DNA of 64,000 nucleotides. Origin: a virus (taxonomy: Duplodnaviria > Caudoviricetes). The translations under genes and the position numbers were made by a program. Of this stretch, positions 18,490 through 27,922 are shown piece after piece; the first letter of the stretch is position 1, and every line of letters starts with the position of its first letter. The notes beneath the pieces were generated by a model. The model made no database searches. It was not told the origin of the DNA and saw only the letters and a program-made list of their open reading frames with translations. The stretch lies in IMG/VR virus record IMGVR_UViG_3300044840_000026, positions 5,113 through 69,112 of that record, one strand, 5' to 3'.

Positions 18490-19748
18490 TGCCTCTTGTC
18501 TTTTATACCTTCGATCCAGGTGACGACGTTTGGTTCGGGAATGTCTATGTCGGTCGGTTGCTCCTCACGGAGTATTTCGACGCTACTGACGCGCTCAACA
18601 GCGGTGGCTCTAGCGAAATGTCACGGCAGTTAACGATCACCGGGCAAGAATCGTGGCCGCCGTTAGCGGGCCTGGAGGATGTTCGCTATCGCGGTGAACA
18701 AATCATGGCGATGAACAACATGATCGTCCCGGTGGTGTTTGCGTCAAAGACAGATCGAAACGGTTACTACCTCGTCAGCTCACCCGAAGTCGATTGGCAC
18801 CATTACGGCGGGGTGGCGAGTTCGTTTGAGTGGACGATAGTTCTCGAGCGTTACGGCACAGAAGCCGAAGTCATGATCGAATCTCGTCTTATCGGGGGGG
18901 TCAGGACAAGTTATTACCCCGGCAACGTTGCAGAGAAATGGCATTCACCCGGTTCGGGTTCGATTGGCTACTACGCAGGTTCTACCGTCCCAACGTCGAT
19001 GAGTCGGTCAGGTTCGGAAGGTTCCATTACCGTCTACCGCGGCCTTGCCCCGACTGCCTCTGCTCGCTGGGGCGCCGCACCACAGGATTACCTTGACGGG
19101 TCTAGCCGCATCACGGTGGCCGGCGACGTCATGTGTGGCCTGACGTTGCAGAATCACCCCACAAATTGGACGCTGGAAAACACCCTGATTCGCATCGCGC
19201 CTATAAGTGACTCTGGGACGTTCACGCTGTCGTATTACGACGGCGCGGGCTTCATTGCATCTTGTGATTGGGACATCAACGTCGGCTCAACTCTGCTGAC
19301 AGATCCCAGTTACGTCACGATCTTGCGGAACGACCCCGAAGAATGCATCTTGCGAATCTCCTACATTACGGTGGCGGGGTACTCCACCGTCGACGTAGCG
19401 CTCCGACGAGGCGCACGATTCGCAAACATCACAGTTCAGCATCAAGACAGCCAAACATTCCATGTCGGTCCAGCCCTAGCGACAGCGGCGACAAACTCGG
19501 GGAACGGCTACATCTACCAAACAAGCAACGATAGCGACGGCAATCGCTTCACGTCAGGCTCAGCGGTGCAGATCGATGCGAACACCCTTACTGGCCAGAT
19601 CAGCAACCACACGGCGCAAACGTTCTTTTCGTTTTGGATCGCCATTGAATATGGGGGCTCTGGTGCTGCAGCGGGGGACACAGCGGCGAACGTGGCCGGT
19701 CAGTATCTCGGCCTGAGCGCAGAAGATACACGGGTCATCTCACGATGA
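18489..19748 (+). CDS. Minor tail protein (distal-tail position)
   Basis: First gene after the tape measure; beta-rich. Confidence 0.75.
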   Translation: MPLVFYTFDPGDDVWFGNVYVGRLLLTEYFDATDALNSGGSSEMSRQLTITGQESWPPLAGLEDVRYRGEQIMAMNNMIVPVVFASKTDRNGYYLVSSPEVDWHHYGGVASSFEWTIVLERYGTEAEVMIESRLIGGVRTSYYPGNVAEKWHSPGSGSIGYYAGSTVPTSMSRSGSEGSITVYRGLAPTASARWGAAPQDYLDGSSRITVAGDVMCGLTLQNHPTNWTLENTLIRIAPISDSGTFTLSYYDGAGFIASCDWDINVGSTLLTDPSYVTILRNDPEECILRISYITVAGYSTVDVALRRGARFANITVQHQDSQTFHVGPALATAATNSGNGYIYQTSNDSDGNRFTSGSAVQIDANTLTGQISNHTAQTFFSFWIAIEYGGSGAAAGDTAANVAGQYLGLSAEDTRVISR

Positions 19749-19761
19749 GTAGGGGCAAGCA

Positions 19762-22700
19762 GTGTCGATAACCGCCGTATTGCAAAAGAGCGGACAATGG
19801 ACCATCGGGTTCAAGGACTCGATGCCGCTTGAGACCATGAACGCCATTGACTACTTCGAGCACTTCGCTTTCATACCGGGGCGCGTGGACGTCAAGGGCA
19901 TGGGCGATCAGCTACTCGACATCGCTCGTTACGTTGGCATCGTCCGCAACAAAAATGACACCTCAGTCGGCGGCATTGACATGTCGGGATGGCTCGGCGA
20001 CGAGAGCCAAAAGGGCGCCATCTATGAGACCGCAGTAATCCTCAACGCCTCGACCTTCGCAGATGCCATGCGTGCCCTGTTGCCCGAAGCAGTGCATGAG
20101 GGGACGTTTCACTCCGTGCCGGGGACGTTCACCGACACGATCCTTTACCAAGACCCGCGGACGGCGATTGATTACGTGGCGACGACATTTAAGGCGTCAT
20201 GGCGCGTTAATAACGACGCCACGTTGGATGCCGGGTTAGCCAGTGATCTGTACGTCACTGATCCCAAGGCGATCATCGTTTCCAAGAACTGGGGAGCTGA
20301 TCTTAATCTCCTTGCTTTGCAGGGCAACATCGACCCGAACATCGACGCCAAGAACTACGTGACGCGCGTTCTGCTCATGGGGCAAGGTTCGGGACTGTCA
20401 ATGGCTGTCGGGTCAGCGGACAACCCAGAGGTCGATTACCTCGACATGTATGGGAACCCAGTACAGCGCACGCAGATGGTGTCGATGTCCACCAGCTCGC
20501 CGACGAACGTAAACGTTCAGGCGCAAGTGGCGTTGAACACAAATTCTGCTCCCATTCGCAGCCTGACAATGGACACAGAGGAATACGATATCTCTGGTGA
20601 TTTCCACGTCGGTGACATGGTGTGGGTGTTCGACCCGGCGTCGGGACTTTATGACCAGTCGAACCCGGTTCCGTTTCGCGGACAGACGCTCTACCCCACA
20701 AAGATCCAATGCATTCAGCTCACGATTCCGGTTCTTGATGGGTACACGGTGGCATGGCGAGACAAGCACGGCACTTGGACGGACCTCTCGGAGTACTACC
20801 AGCCGGAAACTGGAGCAACGAACGTCGAAGTAGCCGACTCTTATTCGACGCTGCTCGTGAATGGATCAGAGGCCGTTCAGCCCCGTTTGTCGGCCGACAC
20901 TATGCCCCCTGCGTCGCCGCACATTACAAGCGTGCTCACTGCTAGCTACCTCGCCGGCAACGGCCTGGTGAAAGCGCGCTTGACCATCTCCTGGAATACC
21001 CCACTCAACCAAGACGGCTCAACGGTCACGGATGGCAACTACTACACCGTGCGTTACCGCGTGCATGGCGCTACTTCCTACCAATACCAGTCGGTTGCAT
21101 GGGGCACCAACGTAACGACCATTGGTGACCTGTCCAACGGTACGGATTACGACGTTTCCATTGAAGCAGTTGACTTGTCGATCAATCGCTCGGGTTACGA
21201 CACTGACGGCGTTTATACGGCGCAGCCTGATGTAACTCCTCCGTCAACTCCTGCTGCGCCATCGGTGGCAGGCAATACGCTTTCCATCCAGGTAAGTCAC
21301 AATCTCGGCAAAGCAAGCGGTGGCACGTTCAACCTTGAGAACGACCTTGAGTTCCTGTTCATCTACGCCGGAACGACGAGTGGCTTCACCCCGTCAAGCG
21401 CAAACTTCGTCGGTCGCATTCCATGTGGCAATGGCAACCTGGAGTTGTCGATACCTGCCATTGGATCATTCCAAGTCGTCAATGGTGCAACGAAGTTCGT
21501 CAAGGTCACAGCGGTCGACTCTTCGGGCAATGAGTCACTGCCGTCGACGTCGTCGAACACAACGGCTCTGCTGGTCGACACTGCCAACATCACGAACCTG
21601 GCGGTCACCAACGCCAAAATTGCCGATATGTCGGCCACCAAGATCACGGCGGGAACGATTGGTGCTTACGAGATCATTCTCAGCACAGGCGGCGCGATCC
21701 ATTCAAATGGTTTTGTCTCGGGCTCGGTTGGTTGGGAAATCACCGGAGCAGGCAACGCCGAGTTCTACAACGCAACGGTTCGTGGTGCCTTTGAGAGCGG
21801 CAACCCAACCGGCTCTCATATTGAAATAAATGGTGGCACCTACAACGGATGGGCGGAAATTGGATTCTTCACGGGGAGCGTGAACCAAGTTCAAGAGGGC
21901 TACATTTGGGTGTGGCAGCGGCTTACTGGCGCTGCTGATTCGTGGGTGTTGGAACTCAAAGCTCCAACGACACAGGGTGCTGTTGGCTTCGCGTCATCGC
22001 CTTACATCCAGATGGCTGGTAAGTCGCACGACAGTTCTTCGCTCTCGTATTTATTGCTTGGGTCAGACCCAGATACACTGCTTTCGCTGCATCAGTCAGA
22101 TGGCGTCTTCCTCCAGACTTACGCAAACCAGTTTCTTGCTATGCAAAATCCCGGCAGTACCACATTGCAGCGAGAAGTCGGTCAGTACATCGATCTTGAG
22201 CTTGACCCCGGATTTTTTTCCATCGTGCAAGGCCCAGGCGGCGGCGGGTTCGCTTCCTTCCAGTGCAGGCAATCCATCGGGTTCACTGATGCGCGCTTCG
22301 CAGGCATACCGCCATCATCCACTGATGCGCTCATGCGTTGGTCTACGTCATCGGGCCAGATTTGGTATGACTCCTCGTCGGCGCGATTCAAGCATGACAT
22401 TCGCGATATCGAAGATGTTTACGACCTTGATCTAATTGACAAGATCCGCGCAGTCGCATATCGAGAGAACGACAAGACGACAGGCGATGAGAAGCCTCAT
22501 CACTACATCGGCTTGGTAGCTGAGGAAATTGCCGAAGTCATACCTGCGTTGGTCGTAAACGACCACGAGGACAACCCTCTGTCAGTTCATTACGACAAGA
22601 CAAGCGTGTTGACTCTGGCGGCAGTACAAGACCTACGTCGTCGTGTGGCGGCACTGGAAGGTTCAGTCATTCCCAAACGCCCTAAGGTGCGCCGCTCTTA

Positions 22701-22806
22701 CGCGACGGCAGGGACAAAAGAGTCAGGTGAGGATTTCCGTCTACCGATACCCAAGCGTGAGTCGCAAGTGAAACGCCCAGATCGGGCTATTCATGAGCAG
22801 ACTTGA
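19762..22806 (+). CDS. Minor tail/central fibre with FN3-like domains and C-terminal S74 intramolecular chaperone
   Basis: YQSVAW...LSNGTDYDVSIEAVD (FN3); SSARFKHDIRDI...YIGLVAEE...VHYDK...LAAVQDLRRRVAALE (S74). Confidence 0.85.
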   Translation: MSITAVLQKSGQWTIGFKDSMPLETMNAIDYFEHFAFIPGRVDVKGMGDQLLDIARYVGIVRNKNDTSVGGIDMSGWLGDESQKGAIYETAVILNASTFADAMRALLPEAVHEGTFHSVPGTFTDTILYQDPRTAIDYVATTFKASWRVNNDATLDAGLASDLYVTDPKAIIVSKNWGADLNLLALQGNIDPNIDAKNYVTRVLLMGQGSGLSMAVGSADNPEVDYLDMYGNPVQRTQMVSMSTSSPTNVNVQAQVALNTNSAPIRSLTMDTEEYDISGDFHVGDMVWVFDPASGLYDQSNPVPFRGQTLYPTKIQCIQLTIPVLDGYTVAWRDKHGTWTDLSEYYQPETGATNVEVADSYSTLLVNGSEAVQPRLSADTMPPASPHITSVLTASYLAGNGLVKARLTISWNTPLNQDGSTVTDGNYYTVRYRVHGATSYQYQSVAWGTNVTTIGDLSNGTDYDVSIEAVDLSINRSGYDTDGVYTAQPDVTPPSTPAAPSVAGNTLSIQVSHNLGKASGGTFNLENDLEFLFIYAGTTSGFTPSSANFVGRIPCGNGNLELSIPAIGSFQVVNGATKFVKVTAVDSSGNESLPSTSSNTTALLVDTANITNLAVTNAKIADMSATKITAGTIGAYEIILSTGGAIHSNGFVSGSVGWEITGAGNAEFYNATVRGAFESGNPTGSHIEINGGTYNGWAEIGFFTGSVNQVQEGYIWVWQRLTGAADSWVLELKAPTTQGAVGFASSPYIQMAGKSHDSSSLSYLLLGSDPDTLLSLHQSDGVFLQTYANQFLAMQNPGSTTLQREVGQYIDLELDPGFFSIVQGPGGGGFASFQCRQSIGFTDARFAGIPPSSTDALMRWSTSSGQIWYDSSSARFKHDIRDIEDVYDLDLIDKIRAVAYRENDKTTGDEKPHHYIGLVAEEIAEVIPALVVNDHEDNPLSVHYDKTSVLTLAAVQDLRRRVAALEGSVIPKRPKVRRSYATAGTKESGEDFRLPIPKRESQVKRPDRAIHEQT

Positions 22807-22809
22807 AGT

Positions 22810-23166
22810 TTAATTAGCCGGTTGGGGAATCGTCGTAGGGTGAGGTGCGTGCGTGGTCGTGGTTGTCGGCACCGTGTCAACTGGACCGGACGGCGTAATG
22901 GCCGGGACGTTCGGGTGAGATGTCGTTGCGTTCAACGACGGCTTAACGGTTGTCGTCGGCGCGACCTTGACGACTGCCGTCGCGGTAGTAGTGGGTGCCT
23001 GAGCCGCAGCGGGGACAGCCGTTGTCGAAGTAGTGGTGCTATCCGTTGTCACAACATTGGTGCTGTGAAGCGTCTCGCTTGATGATGCAAAAACAATCGC
23101 AGTAACAGCCAAGGCGGTCACCACAACCAGTGATGCTATAAGCCGTTTTGTCATGAGTTCCTCCAT
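22810..23166 (-). CDS. Secreted or membrane-anchored Thr/Pro-rich protein
   Basis: Signal-like KRLIASLVVVTALAVTAIVFA, then low-complexity T/P tracts; own promoter. Confidence 0.7.
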   Translation of the reverse strand: MEELMTKRLIASLVVVTALAVTAIVFASSSETLHSTNVVTTDSTTTSTTAVPAAAQAPTTTATAVVKVAPTTTVKPSLNATTSHPNVPAITPSGPVDTVPTTTTTHAPHPTTIPQPAN

Positions 23167-23172
23167 ATAGGC

Positions 23173-23201
23173 ACCGTACCGTCATGGGTACAGCAAAGCA
23201 A
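23173..23201 (-). promoter_or_regulatory. GTACC-box promoter/operator copy 3
   Basis: TTGCTT-N17-TACGGT with CGTACC-GTCATG-GGTACA at 23175-23192. Confidence 0.85.
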
Positions 23202-23205
23202 GTGA

Positions 23206-23376
23206 TTATTTATCGTCGTCCGGTAGCGAAGGACCATCATCATTTTCTGCCTCAAGCTCGTCCACTCGCTGGCGTTGTTTCTCGACGGTGATGCGCAACA
23301 TGGCGATCTCGTATTGCTGCGGGAACTGGGTACGGAACGCCTCGGCAATCTCGTTCGGCGTGATTGAAATTTGCAT
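23206..23376 (-). CDS. Small coiled-coil protein (56 aa)
   Basis: MQISITPNEIAEAFRTQFPQQYEIAMLRITVEKQRQRVDELE...; TAATG overlap. Confidence 0.6.
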   Translation of the reverse strand: MQISITPNEIAEAFRTQFPQQYEIAMLRITVEKQRQRVDELEAENDDGPSLPDDDK

Positions 23377-23693
23377 TATCGACCTCTTCGTTTCAACAGC
23401 GTATGGCTATAGGTTTGCGCCGCCATATATTCGGCGGTTGTCTCGCTGAATCCGGCATCAATGAGACGCTGACGTTCACCGATTGTGAATGCGTGGGCCT
23501 CGTCATAAACGTCGGCGAGGTCGAAAGTCGAAGACTCGGGTTCGGGGGAGTCGGCCGTTTGGGGGTCGAACTTCTTGAGTATGCGATCAACGATGTAGCC
23601 CAAGCTGAACGCCGCAACGACGCTCGCTAACTCAATGAAAACCGTCATACCAAAACCCTCTCTGCCAGCAGGCTGTGAATCGCTGTCTCCCAT
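23376..23693 (-). CDS. Hypothetical membrane protein
   Basis: Hydrophobic N-terminal segment; coupled to the downstream gene. Confidence 0.5.
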   Translation of the reverse strand: MGDSDSQPAGREGFGMTVFIELASVVAAFSLGYIVDRILKKFDPQTADSPEPESSTFDLADVYDEAHAFTIGERQRLIDAGFSETTAEYMAAQTYSHTLLKRRGR

Positions 23694-24640
23694 TTATGCA
23701 CATTATTTTGAATCGTCCAACTCTTTGCCGCCATATAGGCGTTTAGGGCGATGTCAGCAGCCAATTCAGGTTCCTGAATGAGCGAGCGCAGGTGTGTTGC
23801 CCAGTCCCGGTCATACTGGACCAGGAACCCCGTTTTGCCGTGTTCAATAATTTCGGCGTAGGGCTCGACGTTGCTTGCGACACAGGGGATGCCCAGTGCC
23901 GCGAACTCGACAAACTTCAATCCCGATTTCGATCGGTTGAAGCGGTGATGGGCGAGGGGAGCGATGCCGATGTTCAGCCTGGCCATAACTCGGTAGTGAT
24001 CCCACACGTCCATCTCGTAAGGCATGAACGTGTATCGATCGGGCGGAAAGATCTTGCGACCGTAGTCAGCCCCGGAGAATTGGAAGTGCGCTTGAGGGAA
24101 CCTGCGGGCGACGGTCTTGAGCATTCCTCGGGCTTGATCGAAGTCCATCTGATGACTTGTGGAGCCGGCCCAGCCGATCGTCAGATGAGGATTCTTCGGC
24201 ACACTGATTTCAAAGATGTTTTGGTCCACATAGTTCGGGATGACGACAACGTTGTCGTTGAACTCACGCATGACAACAGCGAGGGTTTCTGTCGTCACCG
24301 TCACCATCGACGCGACGGATGCGTTCTTACGAATGTGGTCTTTGACTTCCTTTTGGGAGTACCACTTGTACGCATGAGGGCTCGATGGGTCTACACGGAA
24401 GAGGTCGTCATCAATCTCGTAGATGAGCTTTCTTCCCTCGACTGCAAGTCGTTGCCATGTTTCTGATGGTCCGTCTTTGCAGATGCGTTGGCCGATAATC
24501 ACGTCCGCCTCAGCGTGGTGAGGCTCAAGCATCATGGAAGCGAACGCTTCGTGGCCTCTCTCCCGCAGAGCGTTGCAGACAAGGCCTACGCGGTAGTACC
24601 CGCAGCCAGTTTGATCAGCAGCTATTTGGTATCCGCCCAC
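23645..24640 (-). CDS. GT-B (family 4-like) glycosyltransferase
   Basis: GCGYYRV, IYEIDDDLF, IGWAGSTSH, IGIAPL...FNRSKSGLKFVEFAALGIPCVASNVEPY. Confidence 0.9.
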   Translation of the reverse strand: MGGYQIAADQTGCGYYRVGLVCNALRERGHEAFASMMLEPHHAEADVIIGQRICKDGPSETWQRLAVEGRKLIYEIDDDLFRVDPSSPHAYKWYSQKEVKDHIRKNASVASMVTVTTETLAVVMREFNDNVVVIPNYVDQNIFEISVPKNPHLTIGWAGSTSHQMDFDQARGMLKTVARRFPQAHFQFSGADYGRKIFPPDRYTFMPYEMDVWDHYRVMARLNIGIAPLAHHRFNRSKSGLKFVEFAALGIPCVASNVEPYAEIIEHGKTGFLVQYDRDWATHLRSLIQEPELAADIALNAYMAAKSWTIQNNVHKWETAIHSLLAERVLV

Positions 24641-24698
24641 CCGTAGACTTTCAGCGGTTGCTGCGTCTCGGGTGGGGGGAGGGTCATCACGTCGTTAG

Positions 24699-24947
24699 TC
24701 ACGACATCCTTTCAAAATTTAGTGGTGCTTCATTGCCCCATGCTTCAATTGCCGCATGGTCATAAGCGCGTGCAGCCTCTTGTTCGTCCGTGAAGCGGCC
24801 CAGGTTGCGAGATTTGCCATTTACCTGAATCGTGGCCTGCCATTTGTTGCGATCTTTAACGAGGCTCACTCCAACATACTCAGATGAATATCGTCTGTTT
24901 TGGAAATCCCGAAGTGGGGATCTGGTGTGGTCGATGCCTGTTGCCAT
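24699..24947 (-). CDS. Isolated AP2 DNA-binding domain (HNH-AP2 remnant)
   Basis: SSEYVGVS...KWQATIQVNGKSRNLGRFTDEQEAARAYDHAAIEAWG...LNF. Confidence 0.75.
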   Translation of the reverse strand: MATGIDHTRSPLRDFQNRRYSSEYVGVSLVKDRNKWQATIQVNGKSRNLGRFTDEQEAARAYDHAAIEAWGNEAPLNFERMS

Positions 24948-25096
24948 CAGCTTTACGCTTTACGCTCGTCGGCCAAAACGGTATGCGAGTTGTCGATCTC
25001 GGCAGGTACGACTACTGCCCCGACTGCGAACACTTCAAATGCTTTGTTCAACGCACGCGCCGTGACATCAAGTCGAGATTCAAAACGGATAGCTGA
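24884..25096 (+). CDS. Small CxxC-CxxC Zn-binding protein, antisense to the island
   Basis: WCGRC...YCPDC; overlaps the 5' part of the AP2 ORF. Confidence 0.4.
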   Translation: MNIVCFGNPEVGIWCGRCLLPSALRFTLVGQNGMRVVDLGRYDYCPDCEHFKCFVQRTRRDIKSRFKTDS

Positions 25097-25100
25097 CGCG

Positions 25101-25694
25101 TCACCACGTCGGAACGCCTGAGGTGTTGGAGCCATGGTGTGACCAAGCCCAGCTTCGTTCTGGAATGTGAACGATCTTGCCGCCCGCAGCGATGCATCCG
25201 GTGGTGAACTGGAAATCCTCGCCCAGCTTCTGGTGATTGATCATCTCGCCTTCGGGCGGATTGTGAAAGCCCACCTCTTGTGCCAGCTCCGTTCGCACAA
25301 GAGTGGTGATGGTCGTTTGGTGGGGATCGGCAGAGTCGAATACTTTGCCGAAGTTCTCGAGCGGGTCGATGTCGGGACGAGGGCGCCCGGTGAAGTCGTG
25401 AACCATGTAGTAGCTGAACACGTAGTCAGCCCCGTACTCGGCGGCACCGCGGAAAAGCGTTTCGAGATGCTCGGGATAGAACCAGTCGTCATCGTCGAGG
25501 AACGCCGTCCACTCCGTTTTCACGCCTTCAAGGCCGCGTTGCCTGGTGACGGCGGCACCTTCTCGGCCGAGGTCGATTGCCAATGAGATGCCGGCAGCGG
25601 GTTGAGTCTGACTGAGCACCGATTCCACGGCCCGTTTGAGGTAGGTAGATCTCGGGGGAATAGACGGAATAACGACCGTGATGCCTGGATTCAT
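25101..25694 (-). CDS. GT-A (family 2) glycosyltransferase
   Basis: ITVVIPSIPPR, AFLDDDDWFYPEHL (DxD), GEDFQF. Confidence 0.9.
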   Translation of the reverse strand: MNPGITVVIPSIPPRSTYLKRAVESVLSQTQPAAGISLAIDLGREGAAVTRQRGLEGVKTEWTAFLDDDDWFYPEHLETLFRGAAEYGADYVFSYYMVHDFTGRPRPDIDPLENFGKVFDSADPHQTTITTLVRTELAQEVGFHNPPEGEMINHQKLGEDFQFTTGCIAAGGKIVHIPERSWAWSHHGSNTSGVPTW

Positions 25695-25762
25695 CGGGTG
25701 AGCCTTTCGGGGGATTCGTGAGATTCATGGTAGCCGCCCAATGCCCAAGATATGGTCTTGGT

Positions 25763-26365
25763 ATGGAACATCGGCTGTTTGAAGAGGGTACGGTCCCCGA
25801 ATACACCACAGAGGCTTGGTACCGAGACCGCGAGACGGCGCCACACCTTGAGCAAGGTATCCACCAAGGGCGCCTTCATCAGGCCGCTGACCTTGTGAAT
25901 CGTGTTCACGATGCGAATTTGGCTTATGGCCTGACGGCAGTGGATCTTGGGTGCGGAGACGGCGGTTTGCTGAGCCTGCTTGCTCCGACATTGCGCGCCT
26001 GGGGTTATGACCTGCAGCCGAGCAATATCGAGGCATCAAAGGCCCGTAACGTCGACGTACGGCTCGGTTCCATCTTTGATGATGACATTGAATGGGGCGA
26101 TATCGCGGTGGTCACCGAATGCCTTGAGCACCTCCTAGACCCTCACGCCTTTGTTCGTAAGGTTGCCGAGCACTCCCGCTTTCTTGTCGCTTCCTCGCCG
26201 TGTAATGAGACGCCGGAGTCGCACTACGAGTTTCACACCTGGTGTTGGGACCATGAGGGTTACAACGACCTGCTTACTCAGAGCGGGTTCACCAACATCA
26301 CTCACTGGGACGTGGATATCTTCCATGTGGTGATTGGCGAGAACATGTCACTTCAACTTTCTTGA
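25763..26365 (+). CDS. Class I SAM-dependent methyltransferase
   Basis: AVDLGCGDGGLLSLL, GYDLQP, TECLEHLLDPH. Confidence 0.9.
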   Translation: MEHRLFEEGTVPEYTTEAWYRDRETAPHLEQGIHQGRLHQAADLVNRVHDANLAYGLTAVDLGCGDGGLLSLLAPTLRAWGYDLQPSNIEASKARNVDVRLGSIFDDDIEWGDIAVVTECLEHLLDPHAFVRKVAEHSRFLVASSPCNETPESHYEFHTWCWDHEGYNDLLTQSGFTNITHWDVDIFHVVIGENMSLQLS

Positions 26366-26393
26366 CGCTATGCTTTTGCTCATCTGGTGAGCA
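26352..26393 (+). promoter_or_regulatory. Terminase-operon composite promoter
   Basis: TTCAACTTTCTTGAC (26352-26366), TATGCT (26369-26374), TGCTCA-TCTGG-TGAGCA (26377-26393). Confidence 0.75.
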
Positions 26394-26447
26394 TGACGCC
26401 ACCAGTGGTGATTTCGGTGCGCTAGGTGCCATCGGGAGGGAACGTCA

Positions 26448-26615
26448 ATGGTCGAGGAAGAAGTATCTAAGACGGAGGATTCCCAGGGTCTCCAACGGCT
26501 CGGTGATGCATTTGCCTGGGGCGTAGCTTTGATCGTCAGCATCGGCCTCTTGGGCGTGCTGGGCCTCATCATGGTCGCTTCACTCGATGCCCTTTACGGT
26601 CACCTGTTCGGCTAA
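26448..26615 (+). CDS. Small membrane protein (55 aa)
   Basis: GGAGG RBS; one long hydrophobic helix; TAATG overlap with the next gene. Confidence 0.6.
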   Translation: MVEEEVSKTEDSQGLQRLGDAFAWGVALIVSIGLLGVLGLIMVASLDALYGHLFG

Positions 26616-27157
26616 TGGCAAAAGCCGAGGCGTACCCACCCAAGCAGCGCGAGAGAGCAGTAGAACTCGCTCTCGAAATTGGCATTGACGAAACCGTTGT
26701 CAAGTTCAAAGAGACCTATGGGCGCGCTCTACGGCGCGACACGCTCCGCAAGTGGCTTAGCAACGCGGGTAAAGCTTCCGAACTCTCAGAAACCCGTCAA
26801 CGCGCCATCGACGCAGCAGGTAAAGAGTGGGAACGCCGTCGTGAGGAATTGAAACTGTCCATACTCACGGAGGCCGAAGCGTTCTTGGGAGACATGCGCA
26901 AGGGTTACGAACGTGTGGTTGTCGATCAAAAGGGTGGCGAGCACGTCATCCACACGGCCCCAGAGCCCGCTGATCGAGCGAGGCTAGCTACAGGTTTCGG
27001 TATCTTGTTCGACAAGTTGCAACTGTCCACGGGCGGCCCCACGTCGAATCAGACCGTGCAGAACCCATCGCTTACGGCTCTTGTGAAGCAGCAGAACGAG
27101 GCGAACGACACAATCAAGGCCGGGTTACTCGCGGCCGCAGCGGGGGCAGAGTCATGA
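26615..27157 (+). CDS. Terminase small subunit candidate (N-terminal HTH)
   Basis: YPPKQRERAVELALEIG...TLRKWL; first large gene of the terminase operon. Confidence 0.6.
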   Translation: MAKAEAYPPKQRERAVELALEIGIDETVVKFKETYGRALRRDTLRKWLSNAGKASELSETRQRAIDAAGKEWERRREELKLSILTEAEAFLGDMRKGYERVVVDQKGGEHVIHTAPEPADRARLATGFGILFDKLQLSTGGPTSNQTVQNPSLTALVKQQNEANDTIKAGLLAAAAGAES

Positions 27158-27387
27158 GCACAGAATCGAACCGTGGTTACACGGTAGTTGCGTTACGCCC
27201 GTCATTCCGCGGCGATGGCGTGACCGAAGTTAGTTCAGTCGGAAGTATTTGGTCGGATATCGAGCCCTGCGAGAACCACAAAGTCTATTGCCAAGAATTG
27301 GCAAAACGTGACCCCAAGAAATACGGCGGCGACGTGAGTTACGCCATCGTGAAGTTGGTCGAGGTCGAGCAGGACGTGACGCCATGA
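27154..27387 (+). CDS. Hypothetical protein
   Basis: ATGA coupling. Confidence 0.55.
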   Translation: MSTESNRGYTVVALRPSFRGDGVTEVSSVGSIWSDIEPCENHKVYCQELAKRDPKKYGGDVSYAIVKLVEVEQDVTP

Positions 27388-27758
27388 GCGAACAATCGCT
27401 TTACTATCTCGAATCGTTCGTACCGTCTTGGCTGACGCAAGACGCTGGTTACGTCGCCGCGTTCAAGACGCGCCTCAAAGACCTGATGGAGATGCAGGAG
27501 TTCGCCGTCGATGAGATTGACGAACCCTTCGTCAAAAAGACCCCCGACTGTCCATCCATGCCAGGTATGTGCGTGTTCCGCGTCGAGGCGACAGTTCGTG
27601 AATACGACGTGGACGTGCCGGATGAGGACGAAGAAGATGAACAGACTACGTGGTTCGTTACCCCGGAGCCGCAGGAAACGCTCACCGACCTTATAGCGTC
27701 ACACGTTCGGAGTGTCGCTAGGGGTATCGCTGCAAGATCATCACAGGAGATTCGATGA
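27384..27758 (+). CDS. Hypothetical acidic protein
   Basis: ATGA coupling. Confidence 0.55.
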   Translation: MSEQSLYYLESFVPSWLTQDAGYVAAFKTRLKDLMEMQEFAVDEIDEPFVKKTPDCPSMPGMCVFRVEATVREYDVDVPDEDEEDEQTTWFVTPEPQETLTDLIASHVRSVARGIAARSSQEIR

Positions 27759-27922
27759 CAAAGGTGACCAGCAAGACTAAGACCTGCACCCGCTGTAGGG
27801 ACGAGCAAGACGCACGCCAGTTCCGCATCATCGGGTCGTATCAAGCCACCGGCAAACCACGTCGTCATCCGTGGTGCAGGACGTGCGAGAAGCTGAGCAA
27901 TGACGAACGCCGAGCGCGATGA
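27755..27922 (+). CDS. Small Zn-finger protein (55 aa)
   Basis: KTCTRC...F...WCRTC; ATGA overlaps on both sides. Confidence 0.6.
   Translation: MTKVTSKTKTCTRCRDEQDARQFRIIGSYQATGKPRRHPWCRTCEKLSNDERRAR

Noticed and set aside
15314-22435. Many 60-170 aa alternative-frame and antisense ORFs within tape measure and tail genes (similar shadows occur across the window)
   Set aside because: Fully overlap long motif-bearing ORFs, lack RBS or coupling, and are expected in GC-rich DNA
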